From the NCBI GenBank assembly GCA_963702005.1, contig OY969696.1:1184001-1248000 (forward strand): a DNA stretch of 64,000 bases, read 5' to 3'. Below are positions 47,291 to 56,241 of the stretch, piece after piece; positions within the stretch are counted from its first letter, which is position 1, and every line of letters starts with the position of its first letter. The notes under the pieces are model-generated. The model made no database searches and was not told the DNA's origin. It saw nothing but the letters and a program-made list of their open reading frames with translations. The translations under genes were made by a program, and so were the position numbers. The DNA is from Candidatus Aminicenantes bacterium. Lineage in GTDB: Bacteria > Acidobacteriota > Aminicenantia > Aminicenantales > JAFGBC01.

Positions 47291-48676
47291 TCAGCGGCGG
47301 CGCCCGAGACGGAGGATCCTGGCCAGCCCCCGGACGTTGTAACGCCAGACGGTGGGGCTCAAGGTGAACAGCCGGGTTGCGATGAATCTTGGCCTGAAAA
47401 ACAGCGAACGATAGGCATATCTCAGCAGCCAGGCCAGGTCCTTGGGATCGACCCGGGCGGCCCGCATCGGAAGTTCATATTCCAGGTAGTCGGAGGCATC
47501 GAAGCCTTCCCGGAGCCAGCCGTTCTCGGCGGCCATGCGGTGGAGATCCGTCCCGGCATAGGGGACGACGTAGTTGAAATAGGAGAAATCCGGCTTGAGT
47601 TCCCTGGCCAGACGGATGGAGCGGAGCACGGCCCGGACATCCTCCCCAGGGTTACCGAACAGAAAATTAGCCTGGGTTTTCACGCCCGCGGCCCGGGCGG
47701 CCCGGAACGCCTCTCGGATTTGGTCGATGGTCGTGCCTTTCCGCAACGTGTTGAGAACGGCCTGGTCTCCCGACTCGACGCCGAGCCCGACCAGGAGGCA
47801 TCCGGCCCGCTTCATTTTTTTTAGAAGCTCTTGGTCGACCCGGCCGATCCGCACGTTACAGACCCAGCGGACGGGCGCGCCTTCTCGGATGAGCAAATCG
47901 CAAAGGGCTTTGATCCGCTCGCGGTCGTGGCTGAACTCGCTGTCCTTGAAGTGGATCTCCCGGATTCCGAACTCGCGGACGAGATAGCGGATCTCGGCCA
48001 TCGTTCTTTCCGGGCTATGGGCCCTGAACTCCCTTCCCATGACGACATGGGCGTCGCAGAAAATGCAGCGGAAACGGCAGCCGCGACTGGTGATCATTCC
48101 CGTGAACCGGGGATGAGACGTCTGGGGAGCCGAGTAACGGCCGATCGGCAGGAGGTCATAGGCGGGGAAGGGGAGACGGTCGAGGGGGCGGATGAGAGGA
48201 CGGGGCGGGTTGACCGCGATTCGGCCGTCCTTCCGGAAAGCAATGCCCAGGACGGTATCCGGATCGCGGCGTCCCGCCAGGACTTCCATGAGCTCGACGA
48301 TCGTATCCTCGCCCTCGCCGTGGACGGCGAAATCGACATCCGGCTCGGCGGCAACCTGGGCCGGATAGACCGTTGGGTGGGAGCCGCCGACGACGACCCG
48401 GATGTCTTTATCCCATTTTTTGGCCAGGGCGGCCAGATGGAGCGCTGTCCGGCGCAGCTGGGAGACGACGCTGATGCCGATGACGTCGGGCGCAAACGAT
48501 TTGAGCCGGCTTAGGAGGGCGAGGTCCTGGTTCCTTTCCAGGTTGGCGTCCAGGATCCGGACCGAATGGCCGGATTCGCGCAGGACGGCGGCGATATAGG
48601 CGATTCCGAGAGGAGGGAGCTTGATGTCCTCGAACAGCGGGTCGTGCCGCTTGGGGTGGACGAGAAGGACTCTCAT
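47291..48676 (-). CDS. Cobalamin-dependent radical SAM enzyme (class B methylase-like)
   Basis: Start MRVLLVHP; 'PPLGIAYIAAVL', 'GGSHPT', 'GEGE', 'TSRGCRFRCIFC', 'GVESG'. Confidence 0.93.
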   Translation of the reverse strand: MRVLLVHPKRHDPLFEDIKLPPLGIAYIAAVLRESGHSVRILDANLERNQDLALLSRLKSFAPDVIGISVVSQLRRTALHLAALAKKWDKDIRVVVGGSHPTVYPAQVAAEPDVDFAVHGEGEDTIVELMEVLAGRRDPDTVLGIAFRKDGRIAVNPPRPLIRPLDRLPFPAYDLLPIGRYSAPQTSHPRFTGMITSRGCRFRCIFCDAHVVMGREFRAHSPERTMAEIRYLVREFGIREIHFKDSEFSHDRERIKALCDLLIREGAPVRWVCNVRIGRVDQELLKKMKRAGCLLVGLGVESGDQAVLNTLRKGTTIDQIREAFRAARAAGVKTQANFLFGNPGEDVRAVLRSIRLARELKPDFSYFNYVVPYAGTDLHRMAAENGWLREGFDASDYLEYELPMRAARVDPKDLAWLLRYAYRSLFFRPRFIATRLFTLSPTVWRYNVRGLARILRLGRRR

Positions 48677-48881
48677 GCGATACGCGATTGTAGCATGAAG
48701 GCGCCCCGAAGATAAAGCCGCTCGGCACCAACGTCCGGGGCCAGACGGCGGATCGAATCCGGCTTTCCCCGAACCCGGGATAGAGAGCGGGGCTCCCGAT
48801 TGCCGGAGCGGCCGTTCTGTGGTAATCTCGCCTGCGGGCATCATGTCTACGATAGCCAAATCACTCCGAGGGCGGTGACGC

Positions 48882-50564
48882 ATGTTCAAGGGACATCCCA
48901 AGGGACTCATCGTGGCCTTCTTCGCCAACATGGGCGAGCGGTTCGGCTTCTACACGATGGTCAGCATCTTCGTCCTGTTCATGCAGGCGAAGTACGGCCT
49001 GAGCGCCGGAGCTTCGAGCATCGTCTACAGTCTATTCATGTCCGGCGTTTATATATTTCCTCTTCTGGGCGGGGCCCTGGCCGACCGGGTCCTCGGCTAC
49101 GGCCGAACGATCAAACTGGGTATGATCGTCATGTTCGTCGGCTATGTCCTCCTCGCCCTCCCGACGCGGATGGCGACCGGGTTCGGGCTCGTCGTCGCCG
49201 CCCTGGCGACCATCGCCCTGGGAACGGGCCTGTTCAAGGGAAACCTCCAGGCGCTGGTCGGGAACCTCTATGACGATCCCCGCTACAGCCCGCTCCGAGA
49301 CCGGGCTTTCAACCTTTTTTACATGGGGATCAACATCGGTGCCATGTTCGCGCCCACGGCCTCGGAGAAAGTCAGCAACTGGGTGTTATCGGCGTCCCAT
49401 TACGTCTACGACGCCAGGATCCCGGCCTTGGCCAACGATTTCTTGAAAGGGCGGCTGGCCGACGCGGCCGGATTCCTTTCGATCGCCAAGCTCCAGGATC
49501 CGTCGGTGACGCTCGATTCGCTCAAGACCTTCTCGGAGAGCTACATCAACGCCCTGGGCAAATCCTACCATTTCGGGTTCGGCGTCGCCTGCATCAGCCT
49601 GATCATCTCCATGCTCGTCTTCTGGGGATTCCGGAAGCACTACGCCCAGGCCGACCTGACCGAAAAACAGAAGAAACTTTCCGACGCCCACAAGGCCCAG
49701 GTTGTCGAGTTGACCCCTCAACAGACCAAGGAGCGCTTGGTCGCCCTCGGCCTTGTCTTCTTTATCGTCATCTTCTTTTGGATGTCGTTCCAGCAGAGCG
49801 CCGCGACCATGACCTTTTTCGCCAGAGACTACACAGTTCCCAGCGTCGGTAAAATCACCAACCTTTGGTTGGACCTGGTCGGGCTTCTCTCGATCGCCCT
49901 GGCCGTCGGCGGCCTCGTCTTTCTCGTCAGGAAAGGGAGCGGGCGGACGAGCCGTCTTCTGGGCGGCGCGGCTTTCCTTGGTTTCGGTCTGCTGGCCGTT
50001 CTCCGCTATCGGAGCTACCAAGACCTCAATCCTTTTACGCCCCAGCGCTTCCAGCACTTCAACCCCTTCTTCATCGTGGCCTTGACGCCGATCGTGATCA
50101 TCCTGTTTGGCTACCTCAACCGAAAAGGGAAGGAGCCGTCCGCCCCCCGCAAGATCGCCATCGGGATGCTGCTGACGGCGCTGTCCTTTGCCGTTCTCGT
50201 CGTGGGCTCGCTGAAACTCCCCAGCCCTAAATCCCTGGGCGGTCTGGTCGCCCCGGCGTCCTCGCAGGTCTCCGTTTACTGGCTGATTTCGACCTACTTC
50301 ATGCTGACGATCGCCGAGCTTTTCCTGAGCCCCATCGGCATTTCATTCGTTTCCAAAGTGGCCCCTCCGAAGTATAAAGGCCTTATGCAAGGCGGCTGGT
50401 TCGCCGCCACCGCCATCGGCATGAACCTGATCGGCGTCGTCGGCTATCTCTGGATGCGGGTTCCCCTCTGGTCCCTGTGGATGATTTGTGTCACCGCCTG
50501 TATCCTCTCGGCGGGCTTCATGTTCGCCGTCCTCAAGCGGCTGGAGCGCGCGGCCGGAGCCTAA
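48882..50564 (+). CDS. POT/PTR proton-dependent oligopeptide transporter
   Basis: 'GHPKGL', 'ERFGFY', 'GTGLFKGN', 'FYMGINIG', 'AELFLSPIG'. Confidence 0.93.
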   Translation: MFKGHPKGLIVAFFANMGERFGFYTMVSIFVLFMQAKYGLSAGASSIVYSLFMSGVYIFPLLGGALADRVLGYGRTIKLGMIVMFVGYVLLALPTRMATGFGLVVAALATIALGTGLFKGNLQALVGNLYDDPRYSPLRDRAFNLFYMGINIGAMFAPTASEKVSNWVLSASHYVYDARIPALANDFLKGRLADAAGFLSIAKLQDPSVTLDSLKTFSESYINALGKSYHFGFGVACISLIISMLVFWGFRKHYAQADLTEKQKKLSDAHKAQVVELTPQQTKERLVALGLVFFIVIFFWMSFQQSAATMTFFARDYTVPSVGKITNLWLDLVGLLSIALAVGGLVFLVRKGSGRTSRLLGGAAFLGFGLLAVLRYRSYQDLNPFTPQRFQHFNPFFIVALTPIVIILFGYLNRKGKEPSAPRKIAIGMLLTALSFAVLVVGSLKLPSPKSLGGLVAPASSQVSVYWLISTYFMLTIAELFLSPIGISFVSKVAPPKYKGLMQGGWFAATAIGMNLIGVVGYLWMRVPLWSLWMICVTACILSAGFMFAVLKRLERAAGA

Positions 50565-50671
50565 CCCGTTCGCCGACGCTGCCCCGCCCTGAAAGGCGGG
50601 GACGAGAAGCGAGGCTCAGGGTTAACCCCGAACAAGCCCCGGCATTCATGCCGTAGAGTCGAGGGGTTGAC
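50562..50671 (+). repeat. Family B element copy 3
   Basis: ACCCGTTCGCCGACGCTGCCCCGCCCTGAAAGGCGGGG..GAGGCTCAGGGTTAACCCCGAACAAGCCCCGGC..GAGTCGAGGGGTTGAC between convergent genes; it supplies the stop codon of the TPR gene. Confidence 0.85.
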
Positions 50672-52748
50672 TCGTTCCGAGGGGGCGGCCGCCGCCGTCG
50701 GAGGGACTGGGGCCGAGCTTTTTCTTGAGCTCGGATAAAAACTCGGAGTGGACGGCGAAACCCGCCGCTTCCGCTTTCCTCACGTACTCCCAGGACAGTC
50801 GGTAGGATTCCAGCCGGAAATAGACGACGGCGATGTTATTGAGGAGGGCGCCGTTCCGGGGGGCGAGGCGCTCCATCCGGAGGTAGAGGTCGAGGGCCCG
50901 GTCGAACCGCCCGGCCTGGAATTGGAGATTCCCCAAGTTCCAGAGAGCGTCCTGACAGTCCGGGTCCAGCGCGACGGCTTCCGCGAGCTCGTGGAAGGCG
51001 TTCTCGATTTGACCCTGCCTGGCGTAGGCGATCCCCAGGTTGTTGCGGGCGAGGGCCAGCTTTGGGTCGAGGTCCAGAGCACGCCGGGCCTCGGCGATCG
51101 CTTCGTCCGTCATCCCCTTCTCCAGGAAGGCGAAGCTGAGGTTGAGATGGGTTTTGGCGGAATGAAAGCCGAGCTCCTGGGCCAGGCGGATCTCCCCAAT
51201 CCCCTCGTCCACGCTCTTGCGGCGGAGGAGGCAGTATCCCAAACTGGCATGGGCCTCGCCGAACCGAGGTTTGAGCTCCACGGCCTTCCGAAAATGGGCC
51301 TCGGCCTCCTCGAGCCGGTCCTGGTCGAACAGACAGATTCCCAAATTGAAATAGGGCTTCTCGTAATTGGGATCGAAGGCAAGGGCTTTCCGGTACGAGG
51401 CGATGGCCTCCTCGGTCCGTCCCTGCTCATGGAGAATGTTGCCCAGGACGTTGTGAGCCGAGGGAAGGTCGGGAGCCAGCTCCAGAGCCTTTTGGACTTC
51501 GGCCAGGGCCCTATCTCCGTCCTTGTCCTGGAGATAGACCTCGGCCGCGTTGGCGTGAGTGAGGGCGAACGATGGACAAATTTCCATGGCCTTGACGAAC
51601 GAGGCTCGAGCCTCCTCCCGCCTGCCTTCCCGGAGAGCGAGCTCGCCGAGGTTGTTATAGGCCTCGGCGAAATTGGGCTTGAGGGTCAGGGCCCGCTCAT
51701 AGGCGGCGCGGGCCTCGACGAGGTCGCCCCGTTCGGCCAGGGCGATGCCCAGGTTGTAGACGACCTTGGATTGGCCGGGGTTCCCGCGCAGGATGTCCCC
51801 GTAGATTTCCACGGCCTCTCCGATCGCTCCCTGTCTCCGGCGGGCGATCCCGATCACGTTGCGCGTTTCGATGTTGTCCGGGTTGATCGAGAGGGCGGTC
51901 CGGCAGGCCTCGATCGTTTCCACGAACCGTTTCTGCTCGAGGCGAATCTGGGCCAGCATGAGGTAAGGGTCGTCGAGATGGAAGGGGTCCGGCTTGCCGT
52001 CCGGCCCGGCCGCGCCCCGGATGCCGGGCTTGAGCCGGTTCGCCCGGTCCTCGCCCCCCGGCGCGGCCCGGACCGCCGACCCGATGGATTCATAGATCGC
52101 AGCCAACGCTTCCCAGTTCTGACGGGGGAGGGGAAAATCGATGCCGTTGAATGTCCGCTCCCGGCACAAGCGAATGACTTCCGCGTTCCGGGCGTCGAAG
52201 TCGTCGCCTTGGACGAAACAGTCCATGACCGATTCGGGATCGGGAACATGGACGGCCCCGAACAGATGCCCCATTTCATGCTTGAGGGTTCGGGAGCTCA
52301 GGGGAAGCTGCCGGAGATCCAGGAAAATGATGATCCCCTCCTTGAATAGGGTGAATCCGGTATAGCCCGTCTCGATCCCAGCCTGACTTGTGAAAACGAC
52401 CAAGACCTCACAGCCTTCCTTATCGATGCGGGCGTCGACGGCGCGGCCTATATCTTCCAAGGTATGCAGGGAGGGCTCTGAGATCCAAGCGTCGATTTTG
52501 CGAACGACGACACGGAGGCCGAAGCCGCTTTCGAAATCGGCGGAAACCGACCGGACCAGAGACTCCGCCCTCGCCAGCCATCCCGGGGCGGACCGGAATT
52601 CCTCATCGGCCAGGAGTTTGACGCCGATCTCCCGAAGGCCGCCGGCCGGGGCGGACGCCGCCGTCCGCACGCATGCCATTAGAAGAGCCAGACAGACCGA
52701 TCGACGGATAGACTTTAAAGTCACGAAGTCCCTTTTCATTATAATCAT
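50646..52748 (-). CDS. Secreted metzincin-like metallopeptidase domain plus TPR repeats
   Basis: Signal-like N-terminus; HEMGHLFGAVH with Met-turn 'SVMD'; about 11 TPRs. The start may be at MKRDF, a few codons in. Confidence 0.82.
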   Translation of the reverse strand: MIIMKRDFVTLKSIRRSVCLALLMACVRTAASAPAGGLREIGVKLLADEEFRSAPGWLARAESLVRSVSADFESGFGLRVVVRKIDAWISEPSLHTLEDIGRAVDARIDKEGCEVLVVFTSQAGIETGYTGFTLFKEGIIIFLDLRQLPLSSRTLKHEMGHLFGAVHVPDPESVMDCFVQGDDFDARNAEVIRLCRERTFNGIDFPLPRQNWEALAAIYESIGSAVRAAPGGEDRANRLKPGIRGAAGPDGKPDPFHLDDPYLMLAQIRLEQKRFVETIEACRTALSINPDNIETRNVIGIARRRQGAIGEAVEIYGDILRGNPGQSKVVYNLGIALAERGDLVEARAAYERALTLKPNFAEAYNNLGELALREGRREEARASFVKAMEICPSFALTHANAAEVYLQDKDGDRALAEVQKALELAPDLPSAHNVLGNILHEQGRTEEAIASYRKALAFDPNYEKPYFNLGICLFDQDRLEEAEAHFRKAVELKPRFGEAHASLGYCLLRRKSVDEGIGEIRLAQELGFHSAKTHLNLSFAFLEKGMTDEAIAEARRALDLDPKLALARNNLGIAYARQGQIENAFHELAEAVALDPDCQDALWNLGNLQFQAGRFDRALDLYLRMERLAPRNGALLNNIAVVYFRLESYRLSWEYVRKAEAAGFAVHSEFLSELKKKLGPSPSDGGGRPLGTSQPLDSTA

Positions 52749-52811
52749 AGCACAAGCTGTCCGAATGATTTATTACCTGCTATAATACCCCCCCAGTTGG
52801 AAGAGGAAGCG

Positions 52812-54983
52812 ATGCGTTTGCGAATAACCTTCTGCCTGATTTCGCTCTTAATTACGGCTCTCCCGGCTCTAAGCCAGGGGCGGGTCCTGAGGGCCTTCCG
52901 GGTCGAGAAGGGCCCGGCCGTCGACGGCCGGCTCGACGACGAAGTCTGGTCCCGGGCCGTTCCTTTCAGCGGGTTCCGGATGCTCTTCCCTTACCCCGAG
53001 AGCGACCCGACCGAACGGACCGAGCTCCGCGTCCTCTACGACGATGACAATCTCTATATCGGAGTCAGCTGCTTCGACCGTGATCCCTCCAAGATCGCGG
53101 CCAACAGCATGGCCCACGACGCGGATGAAGACTATCACGGCGGCGGAAGCGAGGACATCGTCCGCGTCTTGCTCGATCCGTTCCAGGACAAACGGAACGC
53201 CTATATCTTCTTCGTGAACGCGCGGGGCGCCCGGAGCGAGGGCCTCGCCTTCGGCGAACACTACAGCCTCAACTGGGACGGCATCTGGGACGCCCGAAGC
53301 CGGATCGGCCGGGACGGCTGGAGCGCCGAGCTGCGGATTCCCTTTAAAACGATCTCCTTCAAGCCGGGGCTGACTTCCTGGGGCATTAACGTCGAGCGCT
53401 ATATCCCCCGCAAGCAGGAGACGATCCGGCTGAGCGGGACGCGGCGCGACAGCTTGTTTTACAACCCCGCCGAAGCCGCGCCGCTCGAGGGGATCGCGGA
53501 CATCCGGCAGGGGAAGGGGATCACCTTCCGCCCCTACGGGACGGCGAGCGCCTACAAAGACCATACCAGGGCGGTGGCGACCGATCTATCCCTGGACGGC
53601 GGTTTCGACATTTACAAGAATTTCACGCCCAATTTCGTCGGCGCTTTCAGCTACAACACGGACTTTGCCGAGACCGAGGTCGATGAGCGGCGGATCAACC
53701 TGACCCGCTTCCCCATCTATTTTCCCGAGAAGCGGACTTTCTTCCTGGAGGGCTCTGAGATCTTCAACTTCGGGACGACCGATGAGGAGAGCTTCGTTCC
53801 CTTCTTCAGCCGAAGGATCGGACTATCCCAAGGCCGTCCCGTCCCGGTCGCTTTCGGGACCAAGCTGTTCGGGAAGCTGGGCGAGACCAACCTGGCCGTT
53901 CTCGATGTCCGGACCGAGGCCTTGAACGGCCTCCCGGCCGAGAACTTCCTGGCCGCCCGCGTCAGCCGGAACATCCTTGAGCAGAGCAAGGTCGGATTCA
54001 TCCTCACCAATGGGAGCCCGACCGGGGAACGGAACACGCTGGCCGGGTTCGACCTCGTTTATAAGACGTCCCGTTTCCGGAGCGACCGGAACTTCGGCGT
54101 CGGCGGTTGGTACGTCCACAACTGGAACGCGATCAAGTCCGGGCATCATCAGGGCTTCGGTTTCAAGATCGACTACCCCAACGACCTCTGGGATATCGCA
54201 GCGAGCTACTCGTATTATGGAGACGGGCTCGACCCCGGGCTCGGCTTCCTGGCCCGGCCCGGCGTCCAGTCCTTCAGCTTCGGGGTCGATTACCAACCCC
54301 GGCCCGAGAAAGGATTCGTAGGCCGGCTTGTCCGCCAGTTCTTCTACCAGCTCGAGTTTTCCTTGGTCTGGGACCTGGCCGGCCGGCTCGAAACGCGCCA
54401 ACTCTTCCTGGCCCCCCTCAACCTGACGACCGAGAGCGGAGAGCGGGTCGAGTTCAACATTATGCCCAACCGCGACGTCCTTCCCTTCGACTTCGAGGTC
54501 GCCGACGGCGTCGTCCTCCCTCGCGGCGCCTACGGCTTCACGAACTACCGGGTCGAATTGAGCACGGCCTCCTTCCGGCCCTGGTCCGGCGGGATCTTCT
54601 GGCATTTCGGCCCCTGGTACTCCGGGCGCTACCACGACGCCGAGTTTGAGCTGAGCCTCAAGTTCAAGGGCTACGCGACGTTGGGGTTTAACGCGAACTT
54701 CGTCCGGGGCCGGCTCCCCCAGGGGAACTTCAACCAGAACGTCTACCAGCTCAAGGCCGATGTGTTTCTGTCCCCCGACCTCGGCCTCATGAACTACATC
54801 CAATACGACGACGTTTCCAGGCTCCTCGGCGCGAGCGTCCGTTTCCGCTGGCGGATCTCGCCGGGGAACGAGATCTACATCGTCTACAATAAAAACTGGG
54901 AGCGGCGCTGGAACCCCCTGAGCCGTTTCGTGCCGCTCGAGGAGCGCGCCGTCTTCAAGATCACCCTCAGCGTCCGGCCTTGA
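52812..54983 (+). CDS. CBM9-like plus DUF5916 outer-membrane protein
   Basis: 'P.VDGRLDDEVW', 'GWSAELRIPF', 'NTDFAETEVD...NLTRF..YFPEKR.FFLEG', 'FFSRRIG'. Confidence 0.88.
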   Translation: MRLRITFCLISLLITALPALSQGRVLRAFRVEKGPAVDGRLDDEVWSRAVPFSGFRMLFPYPESDPTERTELRVLYDDDNLYIGVSCFDRDPSKIAANSMAHDADEDYHGGGSEDIVRVLLDPFQDKRNAYIFFVNARGARSEGLAFGEHYSLNWDGIWDARSRIGRDGWSAELRIPFKTISFKPGLTSWGINVERYIPRKQETIRLSGTRRDSLFYNPAEAAPLEGIADIRQGKGITFRPYGTASAYKDHTRAVATDLSLDGGFDIYKNFTPNFVGAFSYNTDFAETEVDERRINLTRFPIYFPEKRTFFLEGSEIFNFGTTDEESFVPFFSRRIGLSQGRPVPVAFGTKLFGKLGETNLAVLDVRTEALNGLPAENFLAARVSRNILEQSKVGFILTNGSPTGERNTLAGFDLVYKTSRFRSDRNFGVGGWYVHNWNAIKSGHHQGFGFKIDYPNDLWDIAASYSYYGDGLDPGLGFLARPGVQSFSFGVDYQPRPEKGFVGRLVRQFFYQLEFSLVWDLAGRLETRQLFLAPLNLTTESGERVEFNIMPNRDVLPFDFEVADGVVLPRGAYGFTNYRVELSTASFRPWSGGIFWHFGPWYSGRYHDAEFELSLKFKGYATLGFNANFVRGRLPQGNFNQNVYQLKADVFLSPDLGLMNYIQYDDVSRLLGASVRFRWRISPGNEIYIVYNKNWERRWNPLSRFVPLEERAVFKITLSVRP

Positions 54984-55083
54984 TAATCGTGCGACTCGGA
55001 TCTTATGATCCAGGGGTTTAATGAGATAAACGGCCGCCTTGCTCGTCTTATCTACTGAAGGCCAAAGAGGGCCAAAAGATAAC

Positions 55084-55112
55084 TTGACTTTTCAGACTTT
55101 CGGGAGTAACAT
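55084..55112 (+). promoter_or_regulatory. Sigma70-type promoter upstream of the NYN gene
   Basis: TTGACT-17 nt-TAACAT. Confidence 0.7.
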
Positions 55113-55118
55113 TAATTT

Positions 55119-55171
55119 AGAATTTAGTCCCCGTTGGATCAGTCGAGAGACCTCCGGCGGGGTTATTTTTT
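55119..55171 (+). ncRNA. Structured leader or small RNA ending in an intrinsic-terminator-like hairpin, ahead of the NYN gene
   Basis: CCCCGUUGGA/UCCGGCGGGG stem, apical GUC-GAGA-GAC GNRA hairpin, followed by UUAUUUUUU and then a G-rich SD. Confidence 0.55.
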
Positions 55172-55181
55172 GGGGGGGATC

Positions 55182-55814
55182 TTGAAGGATGAACCAATCC
55201 TAAAGCGAACTTACGTTTTCTTTGACGGCCAGAATTTTTTCTATGCAGCGAAGGAAGCCTTTGGATACAGATATCCCAATTTCGCGCCCTGGCTTCTTTC
55301 GAAAAAGATTTGCACTATTCAAGGCTGGATTCTGGACAAGACCCATTTCTATACAGGAATTCCCTCCCGCCAGGACGATCCTTTCTGGTCCGGATTCTGG
55401 ACCAAAAAATTGACGGTCATGGGAACGCGAGGAGTCCGCGTCTATTCCCGAGAACTCCGTTATCGGAATAAATCCATTCGTTTGGAGGACGGAACCGAAA
55501 AAACCGTACTCGTCGGCCAAGAAAAGGGCATAGATATCCGTATTGCCCTTGATGTCATTCGTTTCGCTTGGGATGATCATTTTGACGTGGCGCTCATTAT
55601 TTCTCAAGATCAAGATCTCTCCGAGGTCGCTCAGGAAATCCGAAGGATCGCGGTTTGCCAGGGACGTTGGATAAAGATCGCATCGGCTTTTCCTTTTTCG
55701 CCCACTTGCGGAAACAAGCGAGGGATCGATAAAACTGATTGGATCAGGATCGAAAAGGATTTATATGACTCGTGTCTTGATCCGACCGATTATCGGCCGA
55801 AGGCGCCGCGATAA
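55182..55814 (+). CDS. NYN domain (PIN-like, LabA/DUF88) ribonuclease
   Basis: 'VFFDGQN', 'HFYTG', 'EKGIDIRIALD', 'SQDQDLSE'; likely TTG start after GGGGGGG. Confidence 0.92.
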   Translation: MKDEPILKRTYVFFDGQNFFYAAKEAFGYRYPNFAPWLLSKKICTIQGWILDKTHFYTGIPSRQDDPFWSGFWTKKLTVMGTRGVRVYSRELRYRNKSIRLEDGTEKTVLVGQEKGIDIRIALDVIRFAWDDHFDVALIISQDQDLSEVAQEIRRIAVCQGRWIKIASAFPFSPTCGNKRGIDKTDWIRIEKDLYDSCLDPTDYRPKAPR

Positions 55815-55883
55815 ACGATTCTAGATTTTTGATCCCTATCCTGGAAATGATATCTGAAGCAGCAAAGGCGCGTCATATATTAT

Positions 55884-56201
55884 ATGAATCGGCGCCACAT
55901 TAGGAAGAAAAGCCCAGCCGGTTTCTTGATCCGGAGAAAGCTAAAGCGGCCAAGAATCGGAGAAACCTTACAAACGAGAGAGGGAGAGGCAAGGATCATC
56001 GCGGTTATGGGCTTTAAAGATGCTGTCGAGGAAATGAGAAGAAATGGTGTTAGCCTGGAGGATATTAAACGGTTCGATCTCAGGGTCGTGCATTTTCTCG
56101 GTTTGAGGAGCCGATATTTTGAATGCGAAGTGGAATTGCCTGACGGGGAAATACTGCGTCTCGATTGGAGCGAATATTTTTCGCTTTTCAACGAACCCTG
56201 A
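55884..56201 (+). CDS. Small hypothetical protein
   Basis: 105-codon ATG ORF filling the gap in the low-GC island; no motif recognised. Confidence 0.55.
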   Translation: MNRRHIRKKSPAGFLIRRKLKRPRIGETLQTREGEARIIAVMGFKDAVEEMRRNGVSLEDIKRFDLRVVHFLGLRSRYFECEVELPDGEILRLDWSEYFSLFNEP

Positions 56202-56241
56202 AAAATAAAGTTGGGCGTTCGTACAGGAATCTGGATGTCGG

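Noticed and set aside
41455-48676. The radical SAM cluster as a RiPP locus
   Set aside because: No short precursor ORF, RRE/PqqD domain or peptidase-exporter is seen; IDI and UbiA point to isoprenoid chemistry instead.
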